Shown here in pieces: positions 20,402-30,950 of a DNA stretch of 64,000 bases. Below the pieces are notes generated by a model, which saw only the letters and a program-made list of their open reading frames with translations, was not told where the DNA came from and searched no databases. Each line of letters opens with the position of its first letter. Position 1 is the first letter of the stretch. Made by a program: the position numbers and the translations under genes. Source of the DNA: a virus; the IMG/VR virus record IMGVR_UViG_3300010430_000004, positions 96,001 through 160,000 of that record. One strand, 5' to 3'.

Positions 20402-21364
20402 ATGAGTATATTTAAACCTAGAGTAGTTTATAAGCCTTTCGAATACCCATGGGCTGAAGAGTATACTGAGAAACAACAAATGGCTCACTGGCTTAAATCT
20501 GAAGTGCCCATGAGTAGTGACATTAATGATTGGAAAACCAAACTGTCTGAGTCTGAAAAGAATCTTATAGGAAATATATTAAAAGGCTTTACCCAAGTAG
20601 AGGTTATTGTGGGAGATTATTGGACAACCAAGGTTCCTTACTGGTTTCCTAAACCTGAGATTATTGCTGCTGCCATTACTCTAGGAAGCTTTGAAGTCAT
20701 TCACCAACAAGCCTATAGTCATCTCAACGATAGCCTTGGGTTAGATAACTACTCAGAATTTTTAGATGATGAGGCTACTAAAAATAAGCTAGACCTTTTA
20801 GTGGCTACTAAGAACAAAAACAAAGAAGAAATAGCTAGGAGTCTTGCCATATTTAGTGCATTTGGAGAAGGCGTACAATTATTCAGTAGCTTTGCTATTC
20901 TTATGAGCTTTAGCCTAAGAAACCTTATGAAAGGCGTAGGCCAAATAGTGAGTTGGAGCGTTAGAGACGAATCTCTACATTCTAATTTTGGCTGTAAACT
21001 ATTCAGAGAAGTTATTAGAGAGAACCCTGAGATCTGGACAGATGATTTTAAAAAGACTATTTATGACGCTGCACGACTAGTTGTTGAGTTAGAAGATGCT
21101 TTCATTGACAAGGCTTTTGAATTAGGTAATATTCCAGGGCTAACTAAAGAAGACATGAAAGCATTTATCAGACATAGAGCCAGCACCAAGCTAGGCGATC
21201 TTGGGCTAAAAATGAATTGGAAAAATATAGACCAAGCTGCATTAGACAGAATGGATTGGTTCGATAACTTAACGGCTGGAGTAAATCATCAAGACTTTTT
21301 TGCAGGTCGCGTAACAGATTACTCAAAAGGGCACGTAGACTTTAGTGGGATATTTACAAAATGA
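20402..21364 (+). CDS. nrdB: Ribonucleotide reductase class I beta subunit
   Basis: YKPFEYPW, QVEVIV, EVIHQQAYS, EGVQLFSSF, RDESLH, C-terminal DFF.GRVTDYSK. Confidence 0.93.
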   Translation: MSIFKPRVVYKPFEYPWAEEYTEKQQMAHWLKSEVPMSSDINDWKTKLSESEKNLIGNILKGFTQVEVIVGDYWTTKVPYWFPKPEIIAAAITLGSFEVIHQQAYSHLNDSLGLDNYSEFLDDEATKNKLDLLVATKNKNKEEIARSLAIFSAFGEGVQLFSSFAILMSFSLRNLMKGVGQIVSWSVRDESLHSNFGCKLFREVIRENPEIWTDDFKKTIYDAARLVVELEDAFIDKAFELGNIPGLTKEDMKAFIRHRASTKLGDLGLKMNWKNIDQAALDRMDWFDNLTAGVNHQDFFAGRVTDYSKGHVDFSGIFTK

Positions 21365-21842
21365 TAGATTTTTATGAAAAAGTTCTCAATACTAAAATTG
21401 AAAGCCATGACTTTAACGACCCTATTACTCTTAAGAGGTATCTTCAAAAATTACTAACTACTCTTATAGATGAGGAAGAAAGCTTTAGTGGCAAGAGACC
21501 TTTCGGAAACTCTGGATGGCTATGGGACGTATATCTAGCTTTAATAAAAGCCGGACATATTCCAGGCAAATTAGATGAAGATGGATATATTGAAGAAATT
21601 GAAACCAAAGACGCTGATAATTTAATCAATAATTGTATAGAGCACTTATTCAAATGAGTATATTCTATACTAAATATTTTCAAATATTTGAAGGCGAAAA
21701 CAGAGAAAGCTTATTGTTTGGAATTGGAATAGGCACTTGTTATGTATGTTCTGATGATGATGATTTTAAGGCTATTTCAATAGATATCATTTTTATAAAA
21801 CATTTCAATATTTTAATTAGATATAAAACTGTAAAAAAATAC

Positions 21843-21871
21843 TAGCATTTTGTTTGCTTTCATGTTATGAT
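21843..21871 (+). promoter_or_regulatory. Early sigma70-type promoter (TAGCAT-N17-TATGAT)
   Basis: Conserved repeated motif followed by GGAGG SD. Confidence 0.8.
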
Positions 21872-21890
21872 AAATCTAACTGGAGGAATT

Positions 21891-22283
21891 ATGGAAAACA
21901 ATAAATTAGAAAAAATGTTAACATCATTTTTAGAGCGTCTTGATAAAATTGAAGACTTTGCTATTGAACACGCTCCTGATTTTGTTAAAGATATAGTTAA
22001 GGTAGAGTACGTTAAGCTTCAAAATCAAATAATTCATAGTACAATTATCTTTGTTATAGCTGCCACTTATATTGCTGGTTTCTTTTATTTCATAGGAATT
22101 GAAGATTCTGATAATTTTGGAAAACAGTTAGTTTTTGGCATTCCAGCTATTATAGCATTTCTAGGGGTTATTGGTTCTATTTTTGACGGAATCAATGAAA
22201 TTCTCGAATATAGAGAAATGAAAGCTTCTGAAAGATTGGTAGCCATTAATGGAATAAGCAAACTTCTTAAGGGAAAATTCTAA
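21891..22283 (+). CDS. hypothetical 2-TM membrane protein
   Basis: SD GGAGG before ATG 21891; two hydrophobic segments. Confidence 0.55.
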   Translation: MENNKLEKMLTSFLERLDKIEDFAIEHAPDFVKDIVKVEYVKLQNQIIHSTIIFVIAATYIAGFFYFIGIEDSDNFGKQLVFGIPAIIAFLGVIGSIFDGINEILEYREMKASERLVAINGISKLLKGKF

Positions 22284-24251
22284 TGAAATACTCAAAAACA
22301 GCTACTATTTTAGCAATGTATGGAGCAGCTTTTTACCTTATAATGGATCCTTTCATTTTTACTGGAGTGCTTTTGTTGTTTATTGGAACAGACCTAGAAA
22401 GTAGATGGCTTAGTGGGCCTGTATTAAAGAAACCTAAAAAAGGTGGCCTTGATCGCTGGCTGAATAGGCATAAAAAATGATTTATTTATTTGAAGACTAT
22501 AGCGGAGAAGATTGGTCTGCCAATGATTATATGAAATATATTGACTGCTTTGGCAGCATTGAAGATCTTGAAAAACGCTTAATGATGGGTGATCTTAGCG
22601 CATACGAAGATTACAGAATTATGGAAAACGGTAATTGGAGAGACGTTAAATTAAAGCAGCATTATAAAAAAGTAACATCAATAAAAGATAAAATTATCAC
22701 TGATGCTTATGGAAATGAACACACTATTCCAACAGAAGTGACAAATAATGAAAAAGACTATATAACTGTGGAGTACTCGTGACTATTGGAATGTGGTTCT
22801 TTTTAATAATGATTCTGTGGTGTGGACACGTACCAAAAAATAGGAAGTGATGTGGATAGCCTTAAAAATATGCTTAAAAAATATTACAAATTCTATAGAG
22901 CGCCACTTAACGAAGATCTTGAGCTTGATCTTGAAAAAATAGTAAACGATGTTGGCACTCATTTTTATAATATGGGCAGAATAACCGAACTAGATAAAAT
23001 GAAAAGAATCAAAAGAGAAGTTATGAGCACTATGATACTTTGTGATGCTTGTGATCTTCAGGTTCCAGAGATGGCTTGTACTTGTTATGAAGTCGATATT
23101 ATAGACGTATTGGACAATATTAAAAAAATACTAGGAGAAAACGATGGATAAAACTGAAGTTGTTGAAAGGCTTAAAGAAATGGCAGCTGATCTTCAAGAG
23201 CTGGGGTTTATACTAACCAACCATGAAGAACAAGATGCTTATGAGATTTTAAACGATGCTGCTGATCTAGTAAATGAAGCCGCCGATACCATAGACGTAG
23301 GTGAAGAATGAGTAATAAAATGATGAGCACTCACGATTTGCATTGCCCTAACTGTCACACAGAGGTTGATCCAGATACTTTGCAGCAACTATGTTTTGAA
23401 CCTTATAATGGAATCTACTTTGAATGTGACGATTGTAAGCATGGATATTCTCTCAATATATATGTAGAAGCCCAATTAATCAGTGAACCAGAGACAGATG
23501 ATGAGTAGTGCTTATATAACTTTAAAAGGCAGGTATAAGTTTTTTCAAGACTTTTCAACAGTAATTATAGATTTTAAAAGAGCCAAAAAATTTGAAGTGG
23601 TAGATGAAGTAAACGGCCTTTTAAGACTAAGAGCCAAAAACTTTGGTATTCTTGGCAAGAAAAATCAGTATGGAAATGGCTGCTTATATTTAAGCCCTAA
23701 AAATATAAAAGGAATACAAGATGAGCGATAAAATGAGCGAAGAATACGGAAAAAGTAAGAGTTTTTTACAAGCATTAGATGAATTTTCTACAGAGCTTAT
23801 GAAAGATTGGATGGAAGTAGAAGAGATTGTTCTAAAAAAGCACAGCTTTATCAAAGCAGTAATGCAAACAATGCCAACTGAAATTGAATACAGAAAACCT
23901 TCAGAAAAAGACTTTCTAGCAAGAGCCCTTGAAGAGGGGTGTTTTGAAATTTATACCCATGCAAATAGAGTCACTATTAGATTGAAGGATGAGGAGTAAT
24001 GGAATTTTTTAGGAAATGTTTAAGCAAAACCACCAGTTCAGATTGGGCGTTTTTATTGGTTCAATTTGGTCTTTTGATTTATGGTGTTTATGAAGAAAAA
24101 CCTGATCTTTTATTTATAATAATTGTAGCTATTAGTTTAGGCTTTTTGTCCAGTCAACTAATATTTAGTGCTTTGCATGACGTAGTAATGGATGAAGCAA
24201 ATGATCTTATAGATATTCAAAAAAAATATATAAAAATACTTAAGGAAAAAG

Positions 24252-24614
24252 ATGAAAGTTGATCGTAGAAAGTTCCTAAAAGCCCTCGGTGGAGTGGCTG
24301 GTGCTGCTGCATTGGGAATTACTCTAATACCTGAAAGAAAAAGCAAACTAAATATTGATTGGTCCTCAGTGGAAACAAAACCTCCAGGGGCTATAGCAGA
24401 TGTTCAGGTTATAAATACTGAAGGTGGAGTTCTTACTCGTGAAATTGTTGAAGAAGCAGCAGAAAGAGCTGTACAAAGCTTTGGTCAACCCTATAAGTAT
24501 ATTATGCCCTATGACGTAGCAAAGGCTTGGATGGAAGTGGACGACAAGACTTTGAAAAAAATTCTAAAAAACAATTCAAATATTATCATTTCTGACTTTG
24601 CTTGGGGATATTAA
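24252..24614 (+). CDS. Tat-signal protein with segment resembling a major capsid protein fragment
   Basis: DRRKFLK plus hydrophobic helix; QVINTEGGVLTREIVEEAAERAVQSFGQPYKYIMPYDV resembles a Twort/SPO1-type capsid segment (recalled). Confidence 0.5.
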   Translation: MKVDRRKFLKALGGVAGAAALGITLIPERKSKLNIDWSSVETKPPGAIADVQVINTEGGVLTREIVEEAAERAVQSFGQPYKYIMPYDVAKAWMEVDDKTLKKILKNNSNIIISDFAWGY

Positions 24615-24619
24615 AAAAT

Positions 24620-24880
24620 ATGAGTCAAACACTTGCAGAAAAATTAAGAAATAAAATTCAAAAAGACCTTTCTATTTTTCTAAAACAGAAAGTTTGGTCT
24701 CCTGAAACAGAAGAGGGCAAACTACAGCGAGAAAATATACAAAAAACTGTAAGCAAAGCTGTTGAGTGCTTTTTAGAAGGAAACGTAACAGAAATACAAC
24801 CAATAATAGAAGACGTTAAAATAGTTGGCAGCTCTATAGAACTAAAGCTATCAATACCAATAAGCTACATAGAGGAATAA
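24620..24880 (+). CDS. Small protein resembling tail-sheath C-terminal / gp25-like domain
   Basis: Two helices then EIQPIIEDVKIVGSSIELKLSIPI; recalled similarity only. Confidence 0.35.
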   Translation: MSQTLAEKLRNKIQKDLSIFLKQKVWSPETEEGKLQRENIQKTVSKAVECFLEGNVTEIQPIIEDVKIVGSSIELKLSIPISYIEE

Positions 24881-24881
24881 T

Positions 24882-26597
24882 ATGAAAAAAGGCATCGATT
24901 ATCCTAATTGGATGAACGAAGTTTCTGTTCAGACAATGAACAAGGGACAATTACTTCCAGGTGAAAACGTATATCAAGCCTTTGAAAGGGTAGCTAACTC
25001 TGCTGCTTGTCGATTGCTTATTCCAGACATGAAGAAATATTTCTATGAAGCTATGGAAAAGGGTTGGCTATGTCCAGCCACTCCAGTACTTACTAATATG
25101 GGCACTTCTCGTGGTTTACCTATTAGCTGTTTTGGAATAGACGTAGACGATAACCTGTACGATATCTATGACAAGGTTACTGAACAAGCCGTACTCACTG
25201 CTCAAGGTGGAGGGGTTGGAGTAGGCATGAACCGAATCAGAGGCCGTGGAGCACCGATTAAACAGCGTGGTGAATCTGAAGGTATTATTCCATGGGCACA
25301 CGTCTATGATAGCGCCATTATTGCTACTTCTCAGGGAAATATTAGGCGTGGAGCATCATCAATTAACCTTAATATTAGACATAAAGACATTCACGAATTT
25401 CTTAGAATGAGAAGACCAGAAGGTGACACTAATCGTCAGAACCTCAACTTGCACCATTGCGTACAAATCACTGATGAATTTATGGAAAGCATCGCTAATG
25501 GAAATAAAGCCGATCAAGACTTGATGATTGAGATTCTAAAGACTAGATTTGAAACAGGCGAGCCTTATATTCACTTCATCGACACTACTAACTATGATAA
25601 TCCTGCTGGATATAAAAGACTAGACCTAGACGTTTCTATGACTAATATATGTTCAGAGATTGTTCTTCATACCGATCCAACTCACAGTTTTGTTTGTTGT
25701 TTATCTAGTCTTAACTTATTAAAATATGATGATTGGAAAGACTATGTTTTCGATAATGGTATGACTCTCCCAGAACTAACTGCTTGGTTTCTTGAAGGAG
25801 TTTTAAACGAATTTATTGAAAAAGGAAAATCTATAAAAGGCATGGAAAACGCCATCAGGTCTGCTGTAAAGGGTAGGGCTATTGGAATAGGCGTTCTTGG
25901 CTGGCATGGGTTTTTACAATCAAAAAATATTCCATTCGTTTCTCTAATGAGCACTTCCTATACTCATGGAATATTTAAATTCATTGATTCTGAATCATTA
26001 AAAGCTTCTAAACAAATGGCTGAAATATTTGGCGTACCTAAATGGTGCGTAGATACTCGACACTCTCACAGAATAGCCTTAGCTCCCACAGTAAGTAATA
26101 GTGCTAGGGCGAATACTAGTGCTTCTATTGAGCCATATAGGGCCAATGCGTGGAACTATAAAGGCGCTCAGGGAGTTTACTTAATGAAGAACCCTCAATT
26201 AGAAACTTTGCTTAAAGATCTTGGAAAAAACACCAAAGATGTTTGGAAAAGCATAGTAGTTAACGGTGGATCTGTTCAACATCTTGAATTCTTATCAGCT
26301 GACCAAAAAGAAGTATATTTGACTTTTCCAGAAATAGACCAAGTAGAGCTGGTACGTTTGGCTGGACATAGACAAAAATATATAGACCAGGCTCAAAGCG
26401 TTAATTTATGTTTTCCAGCAAATGCTGACGCTGATTATATATGGGATGCTCATTTTGAGGCTTGGAAAAAGGGCCTAAAGACTCTTTATTATTGCAGAAG
26501 TGAAAGCGTAATTAAAGGTGACACTGGAAGTAGAAGCTTTGTACGCAAAAATGTCGATAATAATGAGGAAGAAGATTGCAGTTTTTGCGAAGGATGA
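24882..26597 (+). CDS. nrdA: Ribonucleotide reductase class I alpha subunit (no ATP cone)
   Basis: PATPVL, PISCF, GGGVG, RRGA, catalytic TNICSEI, APT, TLYYCR, C-terminal CSFCEG. Confidence 0.95.
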   Translation: MKKGIDYPNWMNEVSVQTMNKGQLLPGENVYQAFERVANSAACRLLIPDMKKYFYEAMEKGWLCPATPVLTNMGTSRGLPISCFGIDVDDNLYDIYDKVTEQAVLTAQGGGVGVGMNRIRGRGAPIKQRGESEGIIPWAHVYDSAIIATSQGNIRRGASSINLNIRHKDIHEFLRMRRPEGDTNRQNLNLHHCVQITDEFMESIANGNKADQDLMIEILKTRFETGEPYIHFIDTTNYDNPAGYKRLDLDVSMTNICSEIVLHTDPTHSFVCCLSSLNLLKYDDWKDYVFDNGMTLPELTAWFLEGVLNEFIEKGKSIKGMENAIRSAVKGRAIGIGVLGWHGFLQSKNIPFVSLMSTSYTHGIFKFIDSESLKASKQMAEIFGVPKWCVDTRHSHRIALAPTVSNSARANTSASIEPYRANAWNYKGAQGVYLMKNPQLETLLKDLGKNTKDVWKSIVVNGGSVQHLEFLSADQKEVYLTFPEIDQVELVRLAGHRQKYIDQAQSVNLCFPANADADYIWDAHFEAWKKGLKTLYYCRSESVIKGDTGSRSFVRKNVDNNEEEDCSFCEG

Positions 26598-26762
26598 TAT
26601 GAAAGCTTTAACAAATATTTTATTAGCCATTGGCGGCATTGTGCTTGTAGGTGGATGTATTTATGGTGGTTTTTGGTTAAAGAGAACAATGAATTACAAC
26701 CTATATTACAAAGATCAAATAGTAAAAGAAATTAAAGAAAATGTAAAGAAAGAGTGCCTCAA

Positions 26763-27257
26763 ATGAGTTGGAGTGAAAGCGTAGCCAAAGACACTTGGGA
26801 AAACAATGAGCTTTTTGAATTCTCTTTAGTTGGGGATGACTCTATGATGGCTATTCTTTGTAATGAATTTGAGCCTTACAATGTTGTCACAAATAAGCAA
26901 TTAAGTAAAGGCGATTTATTTTACGATGGAGCCGGACAAGCAGCAGTTATTATATCTCAAATTATAACAGGACCATATAAGGTTTATGAATACGAAGCTG
27001 TTTCTGAAGAAAATCCAACTTACGCTGTTTACGAAGATCCTATAGTAAGGGCCAGAAACCTTAGATTTCTTAAAACCTCAAACACCTTTATTGATTTATT
27101 AGAAGTTTCTGGATATACTGGTCATGTAGTTGATGGAGATGTAGAGATTCATTTTAAAGGTAGTGATCATTATTGTGTGCTTGCTAGGGAACTTTTTGAA
27201 CCACAGTATTTAGAATTTATTGAACTTTGGCATGGAGTTAAAATTGAAAGTAACTGA
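26763..27257 (+). CDS. hypothetical protein
   Basis: Coupled ORF (ATGA overlap). Confidence 0.5.
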   Translation: MSWSESVAKDTWENNELFEFSLVGDDSMMAILCNEFEPYNVVTNKQLSKGDLFYDGAGQAAVIISQIITGPYKVYEYEAVSEENPTYAVYEDPIVRARNLRFLKTSNTFIDLLEVSGYTGHVVDGDVEIHFKGSDHYCVLARELFEPQYLEFIELWHGVKIESN

Positions 27258-27726
27258 TACACATATTTATTTTTGGGGAGGGATATACTCTCAATGGGCT
27301 AAGGTAAAGTTTAATGATGGAGAGAAAGAATTTTCATCTGCTGAACAATACATGATGTATAGAAAAGCAGTAACTTTTAATGATTTAGAAGCTGCTGAAA
27401 AAATTATGAAAACCAACGACCCTAAGAAACAAAAAGCTATTGGAAGAACTGTAAAAAACTTTGACCCTGATGTTTGGTCTAATATGAGCCTAGCAGTGGT
27501 TACTCTAGGAAACTTTTTTAAATTTAGCCAAAACCCTAAATTGTATAAAGAATTGTTAGCTACTGGTGATAAGACTATAGTAGAGGGCTCTCCCTATGAT
27601 AAGATTTGGGGAGTTGGGTTAGCATGGGATGATCCTAAGATTTTAGACGAAGCTAACTGGGATGGCCAAAATTTACTAGGCATAGCTATTATGGAAACTA
27701 GGTTCCTTTTAAGAGAGGTTGCATGA
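27232..27726 (+). CDS. NADAR (YbiA-like) protein
   Basis: FSSAEQYMMYRKA..F.D, KAIGRTV..FD...W, KFSQN, EGSPYDKIWGVG, GQNLLG; start uncertain (27220/27232/27244). Confidence 0.9.
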   Translation: MELKLKVTDTHIYFWGGIYSQWAKVKFNDGEKEFSSAEQYMMYRKAVTFNDLEAAEKIMKTNDPKKQKAIGRTVKNFDPDVWSNMSLAVVTLGNFFKFSQNPKLYKELLATGDKTIVEGSPYDKIWGVGLAWDDPKILDEANWDGQNLLGIAIMETRFLLREVA

Positions 27727-28005
27727 GAAATTTAATAGCTGTTCTTAGACTGTGCATTACAGTAGCCTTAGCAATGTCTGCTTACAAGTATGGAAAAATT
27801 GAAGGACGTAGAGAAGGAAGAGCCCAGGGCGCATACGATGGTATGAAATGGGGCAATGAAATGCTTAAGAAAGAAAAAAGAATCAAAGAAAATGAAATCG
27901 AAATCCTTGAAAAGGTTATAGAAAAATGCGACCTACCAGAGTCCCATGGTCTTGGTCCGGTAGAAACTGCGAGCCTTGATATTTATAAGAATATAGGAGA
28001 ATATA

Positions 28006-28932
28006 ATGAGTGATCCAAATGATATCTGGGAAGACGAAGGTTCTGACAGAGAATATATGACTGAAGAAGAATACGAAGCCGTAGCAAACGGTCAGTATAT
28101 TGATGAGGGTTATCAAGAAGTTTACGAAGATGATCCTAACAATTTCATGGATGTATATGAAGAAGAATACGAAGATATGGAAGATGAAGAGCTTCAAGCA
28201 AAAACTGATGAAGTTCTTGATGGTGCTCTTATACGTCTTGAGCAAGGCCGCTTATATAAAATGATTATGGAAACCATAGACGGTGGAATGTTTGAAGATA
28301 CTGGATGCGATGAGCGTTCTATCAAAAATGTTGAGCGTGAGATGAAAGCGTTTATTATGAGTCGCCTAGAAGTTCTTCTTGGCATTCGTAAGAAAGCTGC
28401 AAAGAAAGTAAAAGTTGTTCGTGAAAAACAAGAAAATCAACTAAGTGACGTTGAAGTAGCTGTTATTAAAAAATTAACAAACACTGCTATCCAAAAGTCT
28501 GGCATTAAACCAGTAAGTGGGAATAGCGGATCACTTAAAAAGGTTGGAGCGCCTAAACAAGCGCCTAAACCTCAACCAAAAGCTGCTGCACCTGCTCCAA
28601 AGCCTAAGCCTAAGAGAAGAAAAAAGGCAACTAAATCAGCAGCGCCTAAGAAAAAGGTTAGAAGAAAAACTAGAAAATCATCCAAATCCTTTGCTGACAT
28701 GACAGACGAAGAAAAACTGGCTAGAAATCAGGAAGTTAGTGATAGACAAGCTAGAAATAAGGTAAAATACGATGGGGTGCCAACAGCACCAGGCTCACCA
28801 GCACCACTTCCACCTCCAACAGGAGATGAAATGGCAATGTACCATCAACAACAGGCTCAACAAATGCCAAATGGAACCGATCTTAAAGGAAATTTAACCC
28901 AACACATACTTAACGCGTTGAATAAGAAATAG
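28006..28932 (+). CDS. hypothetical protein with acidic N-terminus and K/A/P-rich basic tract
   Basis: Strong SD; E/D-rich first 65 aa; PKQAPKPQPKAAAPAPKPKPKRRKKATKSAAPKKKVRRKTRK. Confidence 0.65.
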   Translation: MSDPNDIWEDEGSDREYMTEEEYEAVANGQYIDEGYQEVYEDDPNNFMDVYEEEYEDMEDEELQAKTDEVLDGALIRLEQGRLYKMIMETIDGGMFEDTGCDERSIKNVEREMKAFIMSRLEVLLGIRKKAAKKVKVVREKQENQLSDVEVAVIKKLTNTAIQKSGIKPVSGNSGSLKKVGAPKQAPKPQPKAAAPAPKPKPKRRKKATKSAAPKKKVRRKTRKSSKSFADMTDEEKLARNQEVSDRQARNKVKYDGVPTAPGSPAPLPPPTGDEMAMYHQQQAQQMPNGTDLKGNLTQHILNALNKK

Positions 28933-28940
28933 GAGAGACA

Positions 28941-29435
28941 ATGCAAAGCAATAAACCAAAAATATCTGAGAGAGTAGAAGCCCTTGAATTATCTGTAGAA
29001 AATTTAAGTGCAGCAAATTTAGGTATGGCGCAAGCTCTAGAAAATCAAAGAAGAGTAGTTGTTTCTCTGGCTGAAAAGATGGATGCTATTTTTTATCTAT
29101 CTAGTGCTAACCAGCCCATTACAGAAGAAGCAGTTGACGCTAGAGTAATTGATTTAAAAGAAAAAGAGCTTAAAGCTGAAACTGAGCAAGCATTAACTAA
29201 TGGCGACATTAAACCAGCAAAAGTTGTGGGAAATCAAAGCTTTGTGGTTGTTCGTGAGTTAGATAAAGATACGAAAAAAGTCATTCAACCTAGAGCACAA
29301 ATTGCTTTAGCTTATATGCCTGATGAAGTTAAAGATGACTTCCTTGGAAAAAAGAAAGGTGACAAAATCGAAAATGGAAACGTAATTATTGAAATTATTG
29401 AAGTTTATGATTTTGTTAAACCTGAAGGTAAATAA
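28941..29435 (+). CDS. hypothetical protein; coiled coil plus GreA-C/FKBP-like C-terminus
   Basis: C-terminal FLGKKKGDKIE...IEIIEVYD. Confidence 0.45.
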   Translation: MQSNKPKISERVEALELSVENLSAANLGMAQALENQRRVVVSLAEKMDAIFYLSSANQPITEEAVDARVIDLKEKELKAETEQALTNGDIKPAKVVGNQSFVVVRELDKDTKKVIQPRAQIALAYMPDEVKDDFLGKKKGDKIENGNVIIEIIEVYDFVKPEGK

Positions 29436-29464
29436 GGGTAATCTTTACCTTAAAGGGAGCTTAT

Positions 29465-30670
29465 ATGAGTATTAAAAATTATACAGAAAAAGAAATAGCG
29501 TATATCATTAATTCTAAAGACACCAAAGACTGGACTTGGAATGAACTAGCTGAGAAGTACAACAAGAAGTTTAATCAAGATCGTTCACCTGAAACTATTA
29601 GAGAGTGTTATAAACGCTACGTTCATCTGTATAATGATGATCAGTTTGTGGTCAAACAATTACGAACAGTAGCAAATACTAAGAAAAATTCAGCCCTAAA
29701 AGCTAAAGAAAACCGCGTAATTCTCGAAAGGCTTAATACTCTTGAAGAAATTCTAGAAGTTACCAAAAATGCTGCTCGTGAAATTATTAAAGATATTCCT
29801 AAAAAGTCAAAATTTAAACCTCTTAAATCTAAGAAACGTCTAATGACTAAGGAATTATTGCTGTCGGATATTCATTTTGGCAAATTAACTGCTACTTTTA
29901 ATTTAGAAGTATTGCACAGGCGACTAGATGAAGTTGTTCGTGCTACTCTACACGAGATTGAAAGAGACAGCAAAGAATATGCTGTAGAAAGACTGATTAT
30001 CCCTATACTAGGAGACATTATTGAGTCTGATACTATGCACGGACCAGAAAGTTCTAAGGGTTGTGAATTTGGCAATTCTAGGCAAATATACGAAGCACAG
30101 ATTGGCTTGTTCAAGCACGTTGCTAAACCTATTTTAGACTACTGCCATGATAAGGGTATTTTTGTAGAATTTGTTATGGTTACTGGAAATCACGACCGGA
30201 CTGAAGAAAAAAGAACCTTTAATGATCCAGGGGAAGACAATGTTACTTATATTATTTACAATACCCTTAAAGATTATATTGAACTTGCTGGCTATAATAA
30301 TGTATCTTTTGACATACCTAGTGGGCCTTGGGCTATTACTAGCATTTATGGCTCTACTGTTATGTATGAACATTACGATAACGCCGCTAATGACTCTCGT
30401 AAAGCGTTAGAAACATTGATGACCAAAAGAGCAACGAACAATATTAAGAAAATTATTCATTTTATGAGGGGTGGACATTTTCACAATACTACTTCTTATG
30501 ACAACAACCGCATCCAAATCAACGGTTCTTTCCCTGGAAACGATTCTTACTCTAGCATACTAGGTTTTGATTCTCCAGCTGCTCAGACTCTTAATAGTTA
30601 TGTTAAAACTTCTAGAAGAAGCAACAGCTTTTATAGAACCTTTGTTATTCAACTAGAAGACGTAAAATGA
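29465..30670 (+). CDS. HTH-fused metallophosphoesterase / nuclease
   Basis: N-terminal TWNELAEKYN HTH; LSDIHFG, LGD, GNHD, GHFH, NGSFPG. Confidence 0.75.
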   Translation: MSIKNYTEKEIAYIINSKDTKDWTWNELAEKYNKKFNQDRSPETIRECYKRYVHLYNDDQFVVKQLRTVANTKKNSALKAKENRVILERLNTLEEILEVTKNAAREIIKDIPKKSKFKPLKSKKRLMTKELLLSDIHFGKLTATFNLEVLHRRLDEVVRATLHEIERDSKEYAVERLIIPILGDIIESDTMHGPESSKGCEFGNSRQIYEAQIGLFKHVAKPILDYCHDKGIFVEFVMVTGNHDRTEEKRTFNDPGEDNVTYIIYNTLKDYIELAGYNNVSFDIPSGPWAITSIYGSTVMYEHYDNAANDSRKALETLMTKRATNNIKKIIHFMRGGHFHNTTSYDNNRIQINGSFPGNDSYSSILGFDSPAAQTLNSYVKTSRRSNSFYRTFVIQLEDVK

Positions 30671-30950
30671 TAGTAAAGTCCAGTCACCTAGCTCTTAGAT
30701 TTTATAAAAATGATGGCTGGACTATGGCCCTTTTATCTGAGTGTTTAGAGAAAGGCTCTGCTATAGAATTTTGCCCAGGTATTGGTCTGGAATATTACAG
30801 ATTAGAAGTGGGCTCACGACTAGACCTTGACAAGCTAATGCCTCATGTAACCAATGTTCAGAATTGGAGAAACGAGTTAATTGGCCCTTCCAGAGAATAT
30901 ATAGACAAAATGATGTGGTAATCTCCGATACTTAATAGTATGGAGGTTAT

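Noticed and set aside
26763-27257. A third structural-protein fragment (capsid insertion-domain-like)
   Set aside because: Resemblance too vague to support without a profile search
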